Below are positions 49,522 to 64,000 of a DNA stretch of 64,000 nucleotides, in pieces (within the stretch, counting starts at the first letter, position 1; each line of letters opens with the position of its first letter). Under the pieces are notes generated by a model that was not told where the DNA came from, did no database searches, and saw only the letters and a program-made list of their open reading frames with translations. The position numbers and the translations under genes are program-made. The DNA is from the human T2T-CHM13v2.0 reference genome, Homo sapiens: the NCBI RefSeq assembly GCF_009914755.1, contig NC_060944.1; one strand, 5' to 3'.

Positions 49522-52500
49522 TTACAGGCCGACAGGGTGCTGGACATGTGGGAGCAGCCCAGCCAGGAGGGACTCACATGTGTTCTGGATCTCAGAAATG
49601 CCAGTGATGAGTTTGCTTGCATGAGATTTTTGGTTCCAAGATCTCTGGGGATGAGAAAACTCAGTCCCTTCAGATCCCTAAAGGGGTGTGGGATATAAGT
49701 GAAACCAGCCCACATCCCATCCTGATTTTGAGGGCCATCTGTAGCTCTGCTTCCCTGGGTCTCATTCCTGCATTCATGCCCTGGATTCTTAAGAACAACG
49801 AATGGGAGAAACACACAGAAATGAATGAGGAAAGTCACAGCATTGACAGAGTCCAGGCCTAGTGTCAAGAAATGCCTACACAAGGAAGTCAAACCCCAAA
49901 GTCTTTCCCCACCCTCAAGAAATCAGAATCAAAAGGAAGAAAACCCAAACAGCCCAAGGGACAATGGTAGGAACTGCAAAAGACCAGAAAACATCAGCTA
50001 CGATAATGACCAACAATGAAACTCCTAAGATATTGTTCTGTATTACAAAAGAAGAAATTAGACTCAATTGCCCTATTATAAATTTGCTAAAAATACATAT
50101 ATATATATATTTTATCTGAACAGAAAAATAGACTACTCTGAGATGCGTGGACATTCTATGACATAGTCGCGCATCAGATACTTCTAGAGCCAGAAAAATG
50201 GCAACAGAAAATGCAGAGGTAACTCTTATTTCTGGGTGTAGCCAGGACTGGTTTGGGTTGCCTGGGCTGAGTGACATGAAAGCATTTGGATGCTGTCCTA
50301 TAAGCAGTGATAGGTGAGGAAACATCAGCTCGGGGCTGGAAGCTTTCCATTGTCCTGCCGGGGTCTCAGGGGAGCCCCTTCTCCCTCCTGCCCACTCTGC
50401 AGCTACAGAAAAAGTCCTTTCCCAAAGAAGCATGTCCGGAGGCTTTTTGCCTTGCTCTCTTTTGATTCAAAGTTACTTGAATTGAGGCTGAAAAAAAGCC
50501 TGGGGTATTGTTACTTGAGATTAGTTGGTAGAGAAATAAGAATAGGAGAGAGATTAGCGATAGAGACCTGGCTTTAGTGGCTCTTGTCCGTGGTGAATTT
50601 TAAATATCCCCTTGTCCATGGAACTAGACACTCCAGCTGGGACTGGAGCAAGACAGAAATATACAATAGTTACAAATATCAACAATACATTACAGTTTTA
50701 CAGAAGAGAATACTGTTTTGTTTTTCTCCTTAGAAACATGGATCTTATTAGGAGAAAGGGCAGAGACGAGGCTACAGTTACCAAGACACATGGAGAAGCT
50801 GGAAGTCAGTTTGAAAAAGTTTGTATCACCAGCAGTTTTCAGGGGCAAGCTGGGTGGGTTAAAAGAAATGGCCTCCTCAGGATTTTGTTGTTTTTCCTTC
50901 TTACTCTTCTTCCTTCTTGATCCCCAGTCCTTTGGAGAAAGGGACTTCACGGGAACAAATGTTCTCTCCTCCTTTTTTCTTTCCCCTTGAAGTGTGCTTA
51001 AGATAGAATTCCTAAAGAAGGCACTGAGAAATCTACTGCACCAAAGTCCTGTTGGTTTCTTTTACCCAAAGATAAAAAGGTGAATATACTGTCTCCTCCA
51101 AAGCTTCCCCACCTCTCTCACCGCCGGTGGCAGACTCTCCCCCGTGTGATTGGGACACATGGCTACCTGGTCCCTAGCCCTTTCAGATAATTGTGGAAGT
51201 TGGAATGCAAGTTCAGCTGGGTTCTTGATGAGTTTCAGTGAATTTGCCAAACTGACCAGCATCCATTCGCCGCGTCCAGCCCCTAGTTTGCTTGTTTGGG
51301 TTGACTTGTTTCTTTCTGCTCTCATTGGTTCAGGAATGAATGGGAAATGGACCACCAAGTTAAAGCAGGATTTGCCTTCAGACCATTGCTTTCCTCTTCT
51401 CTTCTCTATCAAGACCTTTCTATCGAGTGAACTTCTCAGTGAAGACTCTTAAGTAGATTTCCCAGTGCATGTATATTCACGTACATAGGTACAGGTTGGG
51501 TGTATACATATTAAAATTTGGATATGTTCTTTTTTAGCGGGTGGATGGGCTGGGAAAACTTATAATACTCTCTTTCGAATTGAGCACAGAATAAAAGCTA
51601 TACTCCCCCAGTACATACACACACAAGTAAAAGAAAAAAAAACCCAATCAAACCCAAACAAAATACTTTCTAAGCATAGTATATGCTGAATTTCAATTAT
51701 TCTGTTTCTATAAGAACTCTATAGGACTCTGGCTATGAAGCCTGAAAAGGTAGGTTCTTAATGATACTTCTGAATTCGTCCTTCAAAAGTGACTCAATAA
51801 AATGCTACTTTACGGTTGGACAAAATACACAAGGAAGGAAGGGCCAGGTCCTACATGACCACAGAAGGCAGAAAGGGCCTTTGGTTACAAGGAGAGTTGC
51901 ACCAATTGGTTTTCGTTTTTTTAAAAAAAAAAAAAAAACAAATCATTTTCAATCTGTACAGTTCTCATCTGCTTCAACCAACAAATGAAATGCCTCGATT
52001 GGAAGAAGGGGTGGTAAGTTCCTTCTCAATATATATGGCTATATTGAAACATGTTCACTTTCCTGATATGTAAAATAGACTATATTATTATTATTATTAT
52101 TTTTTACAGATAGCATCAGCTCTAAAAATATCTGAATTGGAAATCACAACTATTTACTTTTATCAAAAAGCATTTGTTTTTTTCCCTGAATTTTCACATT
52201 TGTGCTGATGGTGGACATTAATGGTGATGAAAACAAAGAAGAGACATGTGAGATGGTCGGCGGAGAACTGTCCCACAGTCATTCCTCAAGAGGCCCCCAG
52301 CTCAGACTGCGTGTTCAGCAAAGTGTTTTGGGAGTGCTGCTTCCTCTGCCTGGCACGGGATGACCTCACACTCTCCCTGCCCCTAAGTCCCTTTGCAGTT
52401 GCTGCGCGAATACTCTGAAGATACCTAGGAAGAGTGACGTTCTCGTTTTCTCTGTTAATGCGGCAAAGAACAGGACTGCACCCTCTTGGGGGGATCTACA

Positions 52501-52594
52501 GTCTCTGGAGATGCTGAGAAGTGTTATGAATTGGGTTTGTATACAGCAGAGAAGACATATTTTTAAGGGTGGTGGAATGATCCCATCTCATCAT

Positions 52595-53065
52595 ATGTGT
52601 GGCAGGTGGCTCAACCTTATGCCTTATGTATGAAGAGCAGGCAGAACAGCTCCATGATATTTGTGTACTGAGAGGTGGATCATGCCATTGTACTAACAGG
52701 CAGACCAGCAACAGATGATATTGAGACTTAAGACTAGGTGAACCAATACCATATCTTTCTTCCACTGGGAAGACATATGCCTGTTACTGTATTGAGGATA
52801 GACAGAACTACACTATTGTACTTGGGACATCATCCATCAACATTACATTAAGAGAACAACATTGTTCCATTGTACTACAGACAGGCAGACCAATAACATG
52901 TCATCTTTACTGACAGGTGAGCCAACACTATAGCATTGTATTCATCAGTGGTTCAACCTAATGCCACTGTACTGAGGAATGGCCAACAACACCATGCTGT
53001 TGGACTAAAAGCAGGCAGGACAATGCCAGGTCATCAAACGAGGACAGGAAAACCAACACCAAGAA
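52595..53065. repeat. Degenerate ~30-36 bp tandem array
   Basis: Recurrent ATGCCATTGTACTnA..CAGG(C/T)(A/G)GACCAACA-like units, described under findings. Confidence 0.65.
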
Positions 53066-53552
53066 ATACACCAGAACCACTCAGGATGCACACAAATACT
53101 TATTGCTTTTGTCTGTACTGGCTGCATCGATGGCTGCAGGAAGGAGAGTTGAGCTTTTAGTACAGACAGTGACACTGAAAAACCAATAGCTGGTTGACAA
53201 GAAAGAGAACAGAGTAAAACACCCAATGTCCAACTGTCACTGTGTCCTTTTGAGATGTGCATGTCTCCTGTATACTTGACTTCATGAGAGGCCCCACCCA
53301 AGGGGCAAGAACCCCTCCTGACCCATGAGGGTTAAGGGAAGGTTTCAGAGGGGCAGGGAAGGAGCCCACAGACTTTGATATGGCAGACAGTAATACCAGC
53401 ACAATATTACCCATGCTGGCCAGAAATGGGCAGGTAGCAACAATCCAACTACAGTCCCAACAATTGGGCTATGGGAAATAGTGCTTATTTTAAAGTGCAA
53501 GATGTTGACACTGTCCCTGGCAGAACCTATTTTTGAAAAACATAAAGTGCTT

Positions 53553-53558
53553 TTTATT
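53553..53558 (-). terminator. KCNB1: Candidate proximal polyadenylation signal AATAAA (~1 kb UTR isoform)
   Basis: TTTATT on + strand in an AT-rich block. An adjacent A12 tract on the mRNA strand (53564-53575) could also cause oligo-dT mispriming. Confidence 0.5.
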
Positions 53559-54590
53559 TTAACTTTTTTTTTTTTAACTTGAAAACCACAGAAAACAAAA
53601 CAGAATTTCTATTATAGTAGGTACTTTCCTTGCTGCAGCAGGAATTATTCAGTCTGAACTGGGCATTTCAATGCGTGGTATTTTTTTCCTTTCATTTTTG
53701 CAAGTAAAAAAATCATATTTTTATGCTGTTCTTCAGTAACACACAGTCTCTTTGAATAAACTATTTCTTTTGCATATTTGACACTTGCATATCTTTTGAG
53801 TCTACACTAGTGATGTAAAGAAAGCGTGTTCCTCCTCCAACCCTAAAACAATGCTCTGAGTTCATGCTGTTGGCTGGGTGCCCACCTTCTGAACCCTTCC
53901 CAGATTGCCAGGGGGCAATTAGAATTGAGTACAAGTGGTGCAACTCACCCTGATGGTATCTCAAAATAAAATCTCAGGTACTATGAAATACCGAAGTCAA
54001 TGAAGACATTTGAGTAAGGGTTTTGCGCTGGGATCGTGGCTTATGGCGCAGAGACTTCCCCATGACCAATCATTCCCTGTAGCTGTCTAACAGTGGAATC
54101 CATCCAGGAGGTGATGGACAGGTGTTCCTAGGGGTGGCTGGGCAACATTCAATACCAAATTGGTCAACCCACTCTTTCAACACCAGCCGCTTGTTCCAGC
54201 ATCCTTCTCTAGCTGAAGCCAGGAGGACTGTCAATGTTGCCCTCCGAGGCTGAGATGGAAAGCCACGAGAGAATGGGGAGTATGTGGCCTCGGTCCTGTC
54301 TAAAGTGGTGGTAGTGGTGGCTGTGAGTTCCACTCATGTCATCTCCCAAAGAGGGCTATAGAGTTGTTACAAGGAGGTGCTGTGCCCTATGGCTTGGCCA
54401 ACTTCATGCTGATGGACCTGTCATGGCTCTCAAGGTCTTAGGGAGCCTTCTCTGGAGTCTCTCTTCTCTCTGAGGGCTTTACAGGGCCTTTCTGTTCCAG
54501 AGTTCATGCAGAAAAGCTCTGTGGCAGGTAAGCTGAACAGCTCTCCTCTTTGGACCTCACCCAAAAGTCTCTCCTCCAAGGCAGGGCAGT

Positions 54591-56640
<2,050 letters not shown>

Positions 56641-56819
56641 CACAGGATGATCATCATAATATCCTGGATCTACAGGGCACTCCTCAATGTTCAAGAGCAT
56701 TTTCACATTTCACTAGTCATTTAATGAGCCAAAAAGAGAATTTGTTGTAATCCATTTATTGTCTAGATGTGGAAACCAAGGCCCAGAGAAATGAAATGTT
56801 TTAAAGCTATCAGCAAGCC

Positions 56820-57034
56820 CAGGGTTCAAGCATACTTTTTCAGATAGTAACCATTTTATAGGCCCTGAAACCCTGCATTGTCTGTCACAACGACTCGACT
56901 CTGCAGCTGTAGCATAAAACCAACCTTGGATAATACATACATGAATGGGCATAGCTGTGTTTCAATAAAACTTTATTTACAAAAATAGGCAGTGGACTGA
57001 ATTTGGCCTGTGAACCATGATTTGCTGACTTCTG
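56820..57034 (+). mobile_element. MER58A
   Basis: gctgtgtttcaataaaactttatttacaaaaataggc ... tttgctgacttctg. Confidence 0.85.
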
Positions 57035-57311
57035 ATCTAGACCAGTGGCTCACACTGGATGGGGAACTACCTTCACAGAGATGATACTAATGATAATAAC
57101 TATCCTTGATTGAGTGTTCATTGTGTGCTAGGCACTTTCCATGAAATAGCTCATTTCATTCTTATAATAACCCCGTTCAGTGCTATTAGCTCCATTGAAC
57201 AGATGCGGACACTTGGGTTTCCACAGCTAGTAAGTGGAAGAGCCAGCATTTTAACCCAGGTCTGTGTGACCCAAGAACATGAGCTCTTAAGGCTGTGTTA
57301 AAAATCAGATT

Positions 57312-57435
57312 TGGCTGGGTATGGTGCCTCATGTCTGTAATCCCAGCACTTTGGGAGACCTAGGCAGGAGGATCGTTTGAGGCCAGGAGTTCGAGTCTAG
57401 CCTGGGCAACATAGTGAGACTCTGTCTCTATAGAA
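57312..57435 (+). mobile_element. FLAM Alu monomer
   Basis: Left monomer only, TSD aaaaatcagat. Confidence 0.85.
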
Positions 57436-58226
57436 GAACAAAGGGGAAAAAAATCAGATGAAAGCTAACCTTTTGCTAGAAAAATGCCTAGACACTCAAG
57501 ATTTTGCAGGTAATTCCTAGGGAGGCACAGACATTCTGGGCCCATGTTAACTCCTGATTGGAACTATGTGCTTTTGGGGGCTAAAGACCTTGGCTTAACT
57601 ACCTTTGAGTCCCCTGGATCAAGAAGAGAGCTTGGCCCAGAGAAAGGGCTCAATGGATATATGTTGAAATTAATGGAATCTAGGCCAGTAGGCCAGTCTA
57701 CAGACTATGCAGAAAAGCAAACAGATGTAATCAATTGCTCTGAGGGTCTTTTTTTTTTTTTTCAAAAATACAAATCCAATCACATTACTCCTTTGTTTAA
57801 TAAATCTCCAGGGCTCCTCATGAAAAAATCCAAACCCCTAAACCTGTCTATTGGGTCCCCTATACCTGTCTTGCTTTTGTAGATTTTCCCTTTCTCTTCC
57901 TCTGCCCCTGCTAAGTGGGAAGGGGGGGGCCTGGTCACCATGGTTGTATCATTTGATCCTGCCTGCCAATGATCAGAGCATGAAGTTTGGATAAAAAAAT
58001 CCAAGTTAAGCCAATCCGTACACTGGGGCTTAGCCAGCCTACCTTTGAGAAATTTGAGTTCAGGAACCCAGGCGGTGAGTGGGTTACGGGAGGGTAAGTC
58101 CCTGAATTAAATGTTAAGTAGAATCTAGGCTTGAATCAGCTTCATGATAAGCCCAACCCTCAAGCAACTGTCTCCCAAATGTAGGGGACAGAGATGCCAT
58201 AAAAACATCAGAGAAAGCTGAGCCTT

Positions 58227-58750
<524 letters not shown>

Positions 58751-59580
58751 CAAAGAAAGCTGAACCTTCAAGAGAAGCCAGAGAATGAAGGGAAGGTGCA
58801 GATGAAGGAGGAGTGGGGACCGCAGGAGGGTCATAGCAGGGTGCCGAGGGCAGCAGTTAAGAGCTGAGGCTCTGGTGTCAGCCTGTTTGAGGTTCAAGCC
58901 TCAGCTCTGCCATTTCCTTACATTGAGCATGTTATTTAACCTCTCTAAGCCCCAGTTTCCTCATCTAGCAAATGGGCTGATAATAACAGTATCTACCTCA
59001 GAGAACTGCTGTGAAGATGAAATGTGTTAGCACAGGCAAAGTGCTAGGACAGCTTCCAGCAGCACACGGTGAGTGTCTAATAGATGCCAGCTGTCATCAC
59101 AGGGGAAATCTCAGCCCACATCACCCCACCCACTCAGATCACCAGCCTCGGGGTGGCCCGGTCTCGGTCTTTGCCTCCTGTCCTTGTTCTGAGACTGTCT
59201 GCTGTATCCTGTAAGTCAACCCAATTGCTACATGGGTGAGTGTGGGAGGTTTCTGGCCCTGCAATGAATCCCCAGTAAGGACACTTGGTTGTCAAGTCCT
59301 TCTCATTTTGACTCTGACCTCTCTCTCTGGCCACTCCTGCCATCGGTTCTCAAAATTCACACTCCTCTAGCCGCACACTATCATTGGTCAATTCTGCATG
59401 TCCGAGCTTCTTGCTTGCTGTCTGGTGAACTCCAATCCATCTTTTCAAATCCAGCCCATGTGACCCCTTCCCTTTGGAGTTCTCCCTGCTTTCCCCAGGC
59501 AGGGTTGACTGCTCCATCCTTGGGTTTCCTCACCATTTTACCATACCTTGGGGATACTTACCACTCATATCCCATCACAG

Positions 59581-59625
59581 GTGCGTGCGTGTGTGTGTGT
59601 GCATGCGTGTGTGTGTGTGCACGTG
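59581..59625. repeat. Mixed (TG/CG/CA) alternating purine-pyrimidine tract
   Basis: gtgcgtgcgtgtgtgtgtgtgcatgcgtgtgtgtgtgtgcacgtg. Confidence 0.9.
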
Positions 59626-59813
59626 AGTGAGTGTGCTTATTGCTGCCCAGAATTGGTGAGTACTGGGAGGATGGGGATGGGTTCTGAGGTTTATCTATGT
59701 GCCCCCAGCACCTAACCCAGGGTGGGACACCTGACAGGTGCTCACCAAGTATTTGTTGGCCGTTGCTCAAGTTCATGGAGTTAGAAGTAGAAGGGTCAGT
59801 ACCAGAATTCAGG

Positions 59814-60118
59814 TTTTTTTTTTTTTTTTTTTAGAGACAGTATCTTTCTCTGTTGCCCAAGCTAGAGTGCAAGGGTGTGATCATAGCTTACTGCAGCCTC
59901 AAACTCCCATGCTCAAGCAATTCTCCCACCTCAGCCTCCCAAGTAGCTAGGAATACAGGAGAGCACAACCAAGCCCAACTAATTTTTAACCTTTTTTGTA
60001 ACGATGGGATCTCACTTTGTTGCCCAGGCTGGTCTCGAACTCCTGGGCTCAAGCTGTCCTCCTGCCTTGGCCTCCCAAAGCACTGGGATTACAGGTGTGA
60101 GCCACTGCACTGGCCTGG
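59814..60118 (-). mobile_element. AluJ
   Basis: Diverged antisense Alu. Confidence 0.88.
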
Positions 60119-60387
60119 GAAATATTTCTTGGTCATCTACTCTGCGTGAGGCACTAGGCCAGACATTGGGGATGCCACAGGGGGCAAGAGAGTGCCAGTG
60201 CCCTGATGGGCCAGCTCTGAAGATGAAAGGGAATGTTCCAAGGTGTGGTGCCTCCCCAGCCTCAGGGGTTCCATAACTTCTGATTTTTTTGCTATAGTTA
60301 AGTCTGACACATCCTATGTTTAAAAAAAAATAGGTTTGAGTTTCTTGATTTGCACCCATTGAAAAAGGAAGATTCTGTAATACTTTA

Positions 60388-60752
<365 letters not shown>

Positions 60753-60948
60753 TTATGAACCATAATCAAATGAACACCTAGAACCCGCCACCCAAATGGA
60801 GAGACAGAGCAGGCAGCAGTAACACTGACACTTCCTTTGTGTCTTTCCCACTCCAGAGATAACCTCTGTGTGCAGTTTTTCGTCCCTTTGTTTCTCTGTA
60901 TGATTTTCAATAAGAATATATGGGTCCCTAAATTGTCATTTTGTTGCG

Positions 60949-60981
<33 letters not shown>

Positions 60982-61239
60982 GGTAGAGTCTCACTCTGTG
61001 GCCCAGGCTGGAGTGCAGTGGTGCAATCACAGCTCGAATACCTAGGTTCAAACGATCCTCCTGCTTTAGCCTCCGAGGTAACTTGGACTACAGGTGCATG
61101 CTACCATGCCTGGCTATATTTTGTAGAGATGGGGTCTCACTATGTTGCCCAGGCTGGTCTTGAACTCCTGGCCTCAAGCAATCCTCCCACCAGGGCCCCC
61201 AAAGTGCTAGGATTACAAGCGTGAGCCACCGCACCTGGA
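60949..61239 (-). mobile_element. AluJ
   Basis: Antisense Alu with poly(T). Confidence 0.9.
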
Positions 61240-61606
61240 CTTTGCTCAGTTTTGACGTTATACTGTATGTATTTTGCTACTTGTATCACTCTTTCCTTAA
61301 TGGTAAAAACAAAAAATCAAAAAAGCCCACTCACCTTCTTTATTTTATTTTAGCTTTATTCTAAGAAATCATATGCAAAATTGCTGATTTTTCATGCCAG
61401 GGCTATATGTATTAAATATTCACCAAAATAAATATGTAATTGTTGGAATAACATCTTGGCAGCACACTTTTTGGTGCTCCTGTGTTGAGCTGAGGAGTGT
61501 GGGTCCTGGAGTTGAAATTCTAGCTCTTGCCATTCATTGGTGGAATGGCCTTGGGCATCCAAATGTTCACTGCCTCAGTTTCCTTATTTGTAAAATGAGG
61601 ACATAC

Positions 61607-61822
61607 TAGTGGTTTTTAAGGGGATGATTTTTACTCCTGGGGGACACTTGGCAATTTTGGCAGAAATTTTTGGTCGTTACAACTGGTGGGAGGGGTGCTC
61701 CTGACATCTTGGGGGTGGAGGTCTGGGATGTCACTAAATGCCCTACAATGCACAGGACAGCTCCCACGGCAAAGAATGATCTAGCCTGAAATGCCATCAG
61801 TACTGAGATTGAGAAACTCTGG
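61607..61822 (+). mobile_element. MER20
   Basis: tagtggtttttaa ... aaatgccatcagtactgagattgagaaactctg. Confidence 0.85.
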
Positions 61823-62824
61823 GACATGCCAATAGTCAGCCCCTCACAATTGTGGAGTTGGGGACACAGAGTGGGTCAGAGTGGGCAGCCAGTGGGCTTT
61901 GGGCTGAGCCCTACAGGAAGCTGCTCTCGTCTGGTGACTTCTGGCAGGAGGGCGCCTGCACAGGGAGGAATGGGTTCCCTGGGAGTCTGTTCCTTTAAGA
62001 GCTGGGCAGTCTTATTTTCCCCCAAAGGCTAGCAGGGGAAGCCTGCTTTGGTTTCTAACCCCCAGACAACTCCAGGGAAGGCCCACATAATTGATGTTCT
62101 GGCGACAGATGCATGAATTATGCACCCAGCTATTGTACAGACCTAAAGCAGGCACCCCTTTTGTACTTGAGACTGTGCCCTCCCTCTCCCCTTCCCTCAG
62201 CCCAAGGAAGCCTAGGAAACGAGCAAAGCAGGGGGAGGGGCTCCACTGGACTCCAAGGTGGAGGGTGTGGGGGAGTGCCTGCTGCTCAGGGTTGGGTTGG
62301 GAGGGTCAGAGCACACCTGCCATCGGTCTGTGTGAATGTGCATCACACAGCGTATGCGGTAATGCAGTGTGGGGGGTCTCCCCTGCCCCACCCCTCCTGA
62401 CCCCACCTGCAAGAACTTTTTCTTTCCCAGACTCAGTGAGGCCCTTAGAATCAGGGCCACACTTCCTGCCTGGGGAACTTCCCAACGTGATTTAAGCCCT
62501 CTGTGCCTCAGTTTCCCTATATGTAAGACAGGGATCATTGCAAGACTGCAATGAAAATTCATTGAACTCAAAATGCCCTTAGCTAGTGGCACAATCACTT
62601 TAAACTTTAATTGTATTTATTTCTCCACATTTCTTTACATTTATTTATAGCTGGTTTTGGACTTGAGTTTGAGTCCCAAGGCTATTATTCCCCAGCTGTG
62701 TGGCTTTGGACAAGCCACTCCCCCTCTCTGAGCCTCTATTTCCTTTTCTCTGAAATGAAGATGAAGGTAACTGAGTACTCACCTAAAAGCCACTTAATAT
62801 ATAATGTTATTAAATTATTATTCA

Positions 62825-63120
<296 letters not shown>

Positions 63121-63864
63121 TCAGGTAATTTATGGTCAACCCCATCCCTAACCTCTGTACTGGTTGCTTTTGGAAGCCAGGAGTAGCTGTGTAGACCCCA
63201 GTGACTGCCTAAGGCAGCGTGCGTCCTCTAAACAGCTCGTGGACCCAGATGGACTGTGTTGATTTGGTTTCTGGGATAAGCCCCAGGAATGGGGAACTGA
63301 CTACCACCTGGGAGTCCTCCCAGCCCCAGCTCAGGCCTGGACAGGCCTCTGCTTTTCTGGGATCTGAGCCCAGTTGGGCTTGGCAGAACTCCAGGAACCC
63401 GGGGAGCAGAGGCAGGAGCCAGCTCCAGAGACTGGGAGGCTGTCCCCAAATTCCCTGTGAAGAGGTTCTGGATCCTGGAGCCTACCTGTCTGCACCAAAT
63501 GGGAGAGGGGGCTTTGGTCCTCTGGGGGAAGAGATTGGCAGGTGGGGATCCCCAGGGTGGAATTCAGGAGTGCTGGAGCCAGGCCCTCCTCATCCTAATC
63601 GTCGGCTCTGGTGGTTAATCACAGAGAGGCCTACGGACTGTTTATCGTGGCCTCTGCACACTTCCCTGCTGTTCCAGGAATGTGGATGAGGCACAGACTG
63701 TCCATGCAGAAAAGGGCTCAAGCTTCCTGCTGGGAAGATGGGGAAACTCAAGCAGAGAACGGAAGTGACTTGCCCACGGTCACACAGCCCATTGCTGTCA
63801 ACACTGTTCAGTAACACTAGAAGCTTTGGCAAGCTGGAAGCTGCACCTAGTGTTTAGGGCTTGC

Positions 63865-64000
63865 AAATTGCTCTTCGTAAACATGCAGGTTTATAGCTGC
63901 AGTATTCATAATAGCCCCACAGTGGAAACAACCCCAATGTCCGTCAACTGATGAATGGATAAACGAAATGCAGCTATCCATACAATGGAATATTCTTCAT
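63865..64000 (+). mobile_element. L1M (L1MB-like) fragment
   Basis: gtggaaacaaccccaatgtccgtcaactgatgaatggataaac ... tatccatacaatggaatatt. Confidence 0.85.

Noticed and set aside
52595-53065. CRISPR-like repeat-spacer reading of the UTR array
   Set aside because: Eukaryotic UTR, units are degenerate throughout without constant repeats and unique spacers, and there are no cas genes.

Overview
Primate (almost certainly human) genomic DNA, Alu-rich, with no prokaryotic features. The only supportable protein-coding sequence is the large terminal coding exon of KCNB1 (Kv2.1 voltage-gated K+ channel) on the minus strand (54591-56600, residues 190-858). It is followed by a ~9 kb, almost repeat-free 3' UTR ending near an AATAAA at 45506-45511, and preceded by the 3' end of the large intron (56601-64000). 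From gene identity the locus is chr20q13.13. Positions ~1.2-45 kb are downstream/intergenic DNA packed with Alu, MIR, L2, L1, MaLR and DNA-transposon remnants, and the window opens inside a CpG island. All other ORFs in the track are Alu-derived, low-complexity or antisense shadows. I found no new protein-coding system. The best non-obvious signals are regulatory: a decayed ~30-36 bp tandem array inside the 3' UTR, mutually complementary (UG)n/(CA)n tracts in the same UTR, a G-skewed CpG island with a strong + strand splice donor pointing towards KCNB1, a tandem co-oriented CTCF pair, an RFX+forkhead motif cluster, and several informative transposon structures. Repeat family names and boundaries were called by eye and are approximate.
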